A DNA stretch of 64,000 nt from Actinomycetes bacterium (GTDB taxonomy: Bacteria; Actinomycetota; Acidimicrobiia; Acidimicrobiales; JAJYXR01), in the NCBI GenBank assembly GCA_021801525.1, contig JAJYXW010000192.1:14898-78897 (forward strand). The letters run 5' to 3'. Positions 60,624 through 64,000 of the stretch are shown one piece after another. Every line of letters starts with the position of its first letter. Positions within the stretch are counted from its first letter, which is position 1. The position numbers and the translations under genes were made by a program. Below the pieces are notes generated by a model. It was given only the letters and a program-made list of their open reading frames with translations. It searched no databases and was not told the DNA's origin.

Positions 60624-61028
60624 ATGACCATGACCGATCCCGTTGCCGACATGCTCACCCGTATCCGAAACGCGAACGTGGCGATGCACGACACGGTGGC
60701 GATGCCCTCTTCCAAGCTGAAGGAGTCCCTCGCGAGCATCCTCGAGCGTGAGGGATACATCGAGGGCTTTGCAGTGAGCAACGAGGAGTCCCGTCCTGGC
60801 CGGAAGCTCGAGATAACCCTCAAGTACGCGAGCGACCGGACCCGAGGAATATCGGGGCTGAAGAGGGTGTCGAAGCCGGGTCTGAGGGTTTACGCGCGCG
60901 CCGGCAAGGTGCCCCGGGTGCTCGGCGGCATGGGAGTCGCCGTCGTGTCGACGAGCCGAGGGCTCATGACCGACCGCGAGGCCAGGCAGCGCCACGTTGG
61001 CGGGGAGGTGCTCTGCTATGTCTGGTGA
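60624..61028 (+). CDS. rpsH: 30S ribosomal protein S8
   Basis: Conserved text: [21 protein letters not shown]. Confidence 0.97.
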   Translation: MTMTDPVADMLTRIRNANVAMHDTVAMPSSKLKESLASILEREGYIEGFAVSNEESRPGRKLEITLKYASDRTRGISGLKRVSKPGLRVYARAGKVPRVLGGMGVAVVSTSRGLMTDREARQRHVGGEVLCYVW

Positions 61029-61088
61029 GCAGGCCAGCTCCGGCGAGCTCGCCGGCCAGCCGGACGGATGTGCCGAGGAGGTGGGCGC

Positions 61089-61628
61089 ATGTCGCGCATA
61101 GGGCGCATGCCGATAGTGCTCCCCGGCGGGGTCACCGTAGACGTGGCCGGCGACCAGGTGACTGTCACGGGCCCGCAAGGGGTCCTCTCGCGCCGTGTCC
61201 CTTCAGAGATCACCATCCGCCAGGACGGCGGAGTGCTGCTTGTGGAGCGGCCCGGCGACGAGCGCCGCCAGCGTGCGCTTCACGGTCTCACGCGTTCGCT
61301 CGTCTCCAACATGGTGACGGGGGTAACAGCCGGGTACTCCAAGGAGCTCGACATCGTGGGCGTCGGCTACCGTGCCACGGCCAAGGGCCCGGGGAGCATC
61401 GAGCTCGCGCTCGGGTTCTCCCACACGGTCCCGGTGGAAGCACCGGAGGGCGTCACATTCGAGGTGCCCAGCCCCACACGGGTGGTGGTGAAGGGAATAG
61501 ACAAGGAGAAGGTGGGCCAGGTGGCTGCCGACATCCGGAAGATCCGCAAGCCCGAGCCCTACAAGGGCAAGGGAGTCCGCTACGTCGGTGAGCGCGTCCT
61601 GCGCAAGGCCGGCAAGGCGGCGAAGTGA
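61089..61628 (+). CDS. rplF: 50S ribosomal protein L6
   Basis: [34 protein letters not shown] 61089. Confidence 0.95.
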   Translation: MSRIGRMPIVLPGGVTVDVAGDQVTVTGPQGVLSRRVPSEITIRQDGGVLLVERPGDERRQRALHGLTRSLVSNMVTGVTAGYSKELDIVGVGYRATAKGPGSIELALGFSHTVPVEAPEGVTFEVPSPTRVVVKGIDKEKVGQVAADIRKIRKPEPYKGKGVRYVGERVLRKAGKAAK

Positions 61629-62041
61629 CGATGAGCATCTCCGCAGGGCACCGGCGCGAGCTGCGCAAGCGGCGACACGCACGGGTCCGCAAGCTGGTGA
61701 CAGGCACGCCCGAGCGTCCCCGCCTCGCGGTCTTTCGCTCCGCGCGCCACATATCTGCCCAGGTGATAGACGATGTCTCAGGGCGTACTATCGCCGCGGC
61801 GTCCACATTGGAAGCCGCCCTTCGCCCGGCTGCGGGCGCCAAGGCCGGCGAGGGCAAGGCCGGCGAGGGCAGGGCCGGCGAGGGCAAGGTGGCCGCGGCA
61901 AGCGTCGTGGGCCGGCTCGTGGCCGAGCGTGCCCAGGCGGCAGGCACTACCACAGTGGTGTTCGACCGCGGTGGGTACAAGTACCATGGCCGGGTCGCGG
62001 CGTTGGCATCAGCCGCGCGCGAGGCCGGATTGGAGTTCTGA
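61625..62041 (+). CDS. rplR: 50S ribosomal protein L18 with a (K/R)AGEG x3 insertion
   Basis: Conserved text: [35 protein letters not shown]...[16 protein letters not shown]. 15-nt x3 repeat at 61841-61885. Confidence 0.93.
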   Translation: MTMSISAGHRRELRKRRHARVRKLVTGTPERPRLAVFRSARHISAQVIDDVSGRTIAAASTLEAALRPAAGAKAGEGKAGEGRAGEGKVAAASVVGRLVAERAQAAGTTTVVFDRGGYKYHGRVAALASAAREAGLEF

Positions 62042-62043
62042 AC

Positions 62044-62628
62044 ATGCTCGACACGATGTTCGAGGAGCGGACCATCCGGGTGAACCGGGTGGCCAAGGTG
62101 GTGAAGGGGGGCCGGCGCTTCTCTTTCACTGCGCTCATGGTCGTGGGCGACGGCAACGGCCGTGTGGGCCTCGGCTACGGCAAGGCGAAGGAGGCCGGTC
62201 TCGCGGTGCAGAAGGGGATCGAAGATGCCCGCAAGAACATGTTCAGCGTCCCCCTGGCCGGCTCTACGATCACCCATCCGGTGATCGGCGAGGAGGGAGC
62301 GGGGCGCGTGCTGCTGAAGCCCGCGGCTCCAGGCACGGGAGTGATAGCAGGGGGAGCTGCCCGTGCCATCCTCGAGATGGCGGGCATCCACGACATCCTG
62401 GCGAAGTCGCTCGGCTCGTCGAACGCCATCAACGTCGCCCACGCGACCATCGCCGGGCTGAAGGACCTGAAGCGACCCGAGGACGTTTCGCGCCTGCGTG
62501 GCAAGCCGGTCGAGGAGGTCGTTCCCGGCGGGGTGCTGCGGTCGTATCGGGAACGCCAGCGGGCACAGGATCTCTTCAAGGATGCCGACGCACCTGGCGG
62601 CCAGCGCCGCCCGGGAGAGCGGCAATGA
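62044..62628 (+). CDS. rpsE: 30S ribosomal protein S5
   Basis: Conserved text: [43 protein letters not shown] 62044. Confidence 0.97.
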   Translation: MLDTMFEERTIRVNRVAKVVKGGRRFSFTALMVVGDGNGRVGLGYGKAKEAGLAVQKGIEDARKNMFSVPLAGSTITHPVIGEEGAGRVLLKPAAPGTGVIAGGAARAILEMAGIHDILAKSLGSSNAINVAHATIAGLKDLKRPEDVSRLRGKPVEEVVPGGVLRSYRERQRAQDLFKDADAPGGQRRPGERQ

Positions 62629-62945
62629 GCCCCGCGGCCGGCAAGGGGAGCGGGGCAGGAGGCTTCCTCCGGGTGGAGCAGGTGCGTTCGGGAATCGGCA
62701 CCAAGCCCAAGCACCGGGGTACCTTGCGCGCGCTCGGGCTCAAGGGCATCGGCAGCGCGCGGGTGCTCCCGGACCGCCCCGAGGTCCGCGGAATGCTCTC
62801 CCGGGTTCCCCATCTGGTGGAGCTCTCCCCGGCTACGCCCGAGCAGGCGGCAGCCGAGGATGTGAGGCGCCAGGCTTCGAGGGCCGCGCACGCCGCATCA
62901 CGTGGCGCCGCATCACGTGGCGTTCGAGGAAAGGTCGATCGATGA
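62625..62945 (+). CDS. rpmD: 50S ribosomal protein L30 with a ~45-aa C-terminal extension
   Basis: Conserved text: [40 protein letters not shown] overlap with rpsE. The tail contains AASRG x2. Confidence 0.9.
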   Translation: MSPAAGKGSGAGGFLRVEQVRSGIGTKPKHRGTLRALGLKGIGSARVLPDRPEVRGMLSRVPHLVELSPATPEQAAAEDVRRQASRAAHAASRGAASRGVRGKVDR

Positions 62946-63430
62946 AGCTGCACGATCTCGCACCGCCCAAGGGGGCGAACAGGGCGCGCCGCCGGGTGGG
63001 CAGGGGCATTTCCGGCAAGGGTGGCAAGACCGCCGGCCGGGGCACGAAGGGTCAGGGCGCGCGCGACACTGTGAAACCTGGCTTCGAGGGTGGTCAGCTC
63101 CCGCTCACCCAGAGGATCCCGAAGCTGAAAGGCTTCCACAACCCGTTCAGGGTGGAGTACGCCGTGGTGAACCTCGACGCGCTGGAGCTCTTTGCCGGGG
63201 ACGTCGTGAGCCCCGACACGCTGCTCGCGGCCGGGCTCGTCCGCAAGGGCGCGCTGGTGAAGGTTCTCGGGGGTGGCGAGCTGCACCGGAAGCTCGACGT
63301 GAGCGCTCACGGATTCTCGGCGTCCGCTCGGGTTGCGATCGAGGCGGCGGGTGGCAGCGCTACGGTCCTCCCGCTCCCCTTCGGCCATGGGCGCCCACCT
63401 GCCAGGGGAAACGCCCTAACCAACCGCTGA
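62942..63430 (+). CDS. rplO: 50S ribosomal protein L15
   Basis: [42 protein letters not shown] overlap with rpmD. Confidence 0.95.
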   Translation: MKLHDLAPPKGANRARRRVGRGISGKGGKTAGRGTKGQGARDTVKPGFEGGQLPLTQRIPKLKGFHNPFRVEYAVVNLDALELFAGDVVSPDTLLAAGLVRKGALVKVLGGGELHRKLDVSAHGFSASARVAIEAAGGSATVLPLPFGHGRPPARGNALTNR

Positions 63431-63629
63431 GCGCCGGCGGCATCGCTCTCGCCGGTGCAGCGTTCGGCCGACCCTGGGGGGCTCCTCGATCAGAGGTGTT
63501 CCGCATGTGCCGGCCGCCGAGGCCCGCCGCGGACGTCAAGCGGTCCCCGAGGCGCTAACCTCTTTGCCTGACCAGTCCTGATCAGTCCTGGCCGGTGCGC
63601 CAGTTTCGGAGGAGGAGGGACCACCAGCT

Positions 63630-64000
63630 GTGCTTTCCAGCCTGAAGAACATCTTCAAGGTCCCCGACCTGCGCAACAAGGTGCTCTTCACCCTGCTGAT
63701 CATCGGGTTGTACCAGGTCGGCACCAACATCATCGTGCCGGGCGTGGACTTCCACCGCGTGCTCCAGTTGGAGACCCAGGCCAAGCAGGCGGGCATCCTC
63801 GGGTTCTTGAACCTGTTCTCCGGCGGGGGGCTCACGCGGATGGCGGTGTTCGGGCTCGGGATCATGCCCTACATCACGAGCTCGATCATCATCCAGCTCC
63901 TCGCGACGGTGATACCCAAGCTCGAAGAGTGGCGTGACCAGGGGGCCGTTGGCCAGAAGAAGCTCACCCAGACCACCCGCTACCTCACCGTCGGCCTCGC
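63630..64000 (+). CDS. secY: Preprotein translocase subunit SecY (5' part; runs off the window)
   Basis: Manual translation from GTG 63630 gives VLSSLKNIFKVPDLRNKVLFTLLIIGLYQVGTNIIVPG...LFSGGGLTRMAVFGLGIMPYITSSIIIQLL. GGAGGAGGG lies upstream. Confidence 0.92.
   Translation, partial: MLSSLKNIFKVPDLRNKVLFTLLIIGLYQVGTNIIVPGVDFHRVLQLETQAKQAGILGFLNLFSGGGLTRMAVFGLGIMPYITSSIIIQLLATVIPKLEEWRDQGAVGQKKLTQTTRYLTVGL

Noticed and set aside
61588-62945. 346-aa and 390-aa plus-strand ORFs spanning rplR-rpsE-rpmD
   Set aside because: These are composite open frames. Only their 3' parts (from ATG 62044 and ATG 62625) match S5 and L30, and the upstream parts overlap L6/L18 in other frames.

Overview
High-GC chromosome segment, about 70% GC judged by eye. 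It is assigned to Actinomycetota on three grounds: the tRNA-Thr/tRNA-Met/rpmG/tRNA-Trp/secE/nusG gene order, a coiled-coil insertion in RpoC, and mycobacterial-type GT-C enzymes. The window has three blocks. (1) 1-23.9 kb is an accessory glycan-assembly locus. It holds an ABC-2 exporter, six GT2 and three GT4 domains (two of the genes are domain fusions), two polytopic GT-C-like membrane proteins and three SAM methyltransferase domains. It also holds a hexapeptide acyltransferase, a PAPS-type sulfotransferase and two paralogous secreted CBM+GH5 hydrolases. Many of these genes are joined by ATGA/GTGA start-stop overlaps. (2) 24-28.8 kb carries cell-envelope genes: a GNAT, an HtrA-type protease, a repeat+CHAP hydrolase and a DUF3048 protein. 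(3) 28.9-64 kb is the core translation/transcription region: secE-nusG-rplKA-rplJL, rpoBC, rpsL-rpsG-fusA-tuf and the S10/spc operons through to a partial secY. The most notable observations are as follows. A 6.4-kb minus-strand insertion splits rplJL from rpoBC; it encodes a 1730-aa secreted beta-helix/IPT/triple-repeat protein plus a VapBC-like toxin-antitoxin pair. Many ribosomal proteins, NusG and RpoC carry long acidic low-complexity extensions. Short tandem duplications (9-48 nt, mostly in frame) occur throughout genes and intergenic spacers. One GT2 gene carries an in-frame insertion that contains a 15-bp inverted repeat. Two GT2 genes have conserved N-termini lying upstream of any ATG/GTG/TTG. 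The sulfotransferase gene overlaps a convergent GT4 gene by 208 nt. No rRNA, CRISPR array, integrase or transposase was recognised. All calls come from reading the sequence and the ORF track; no database search was run.
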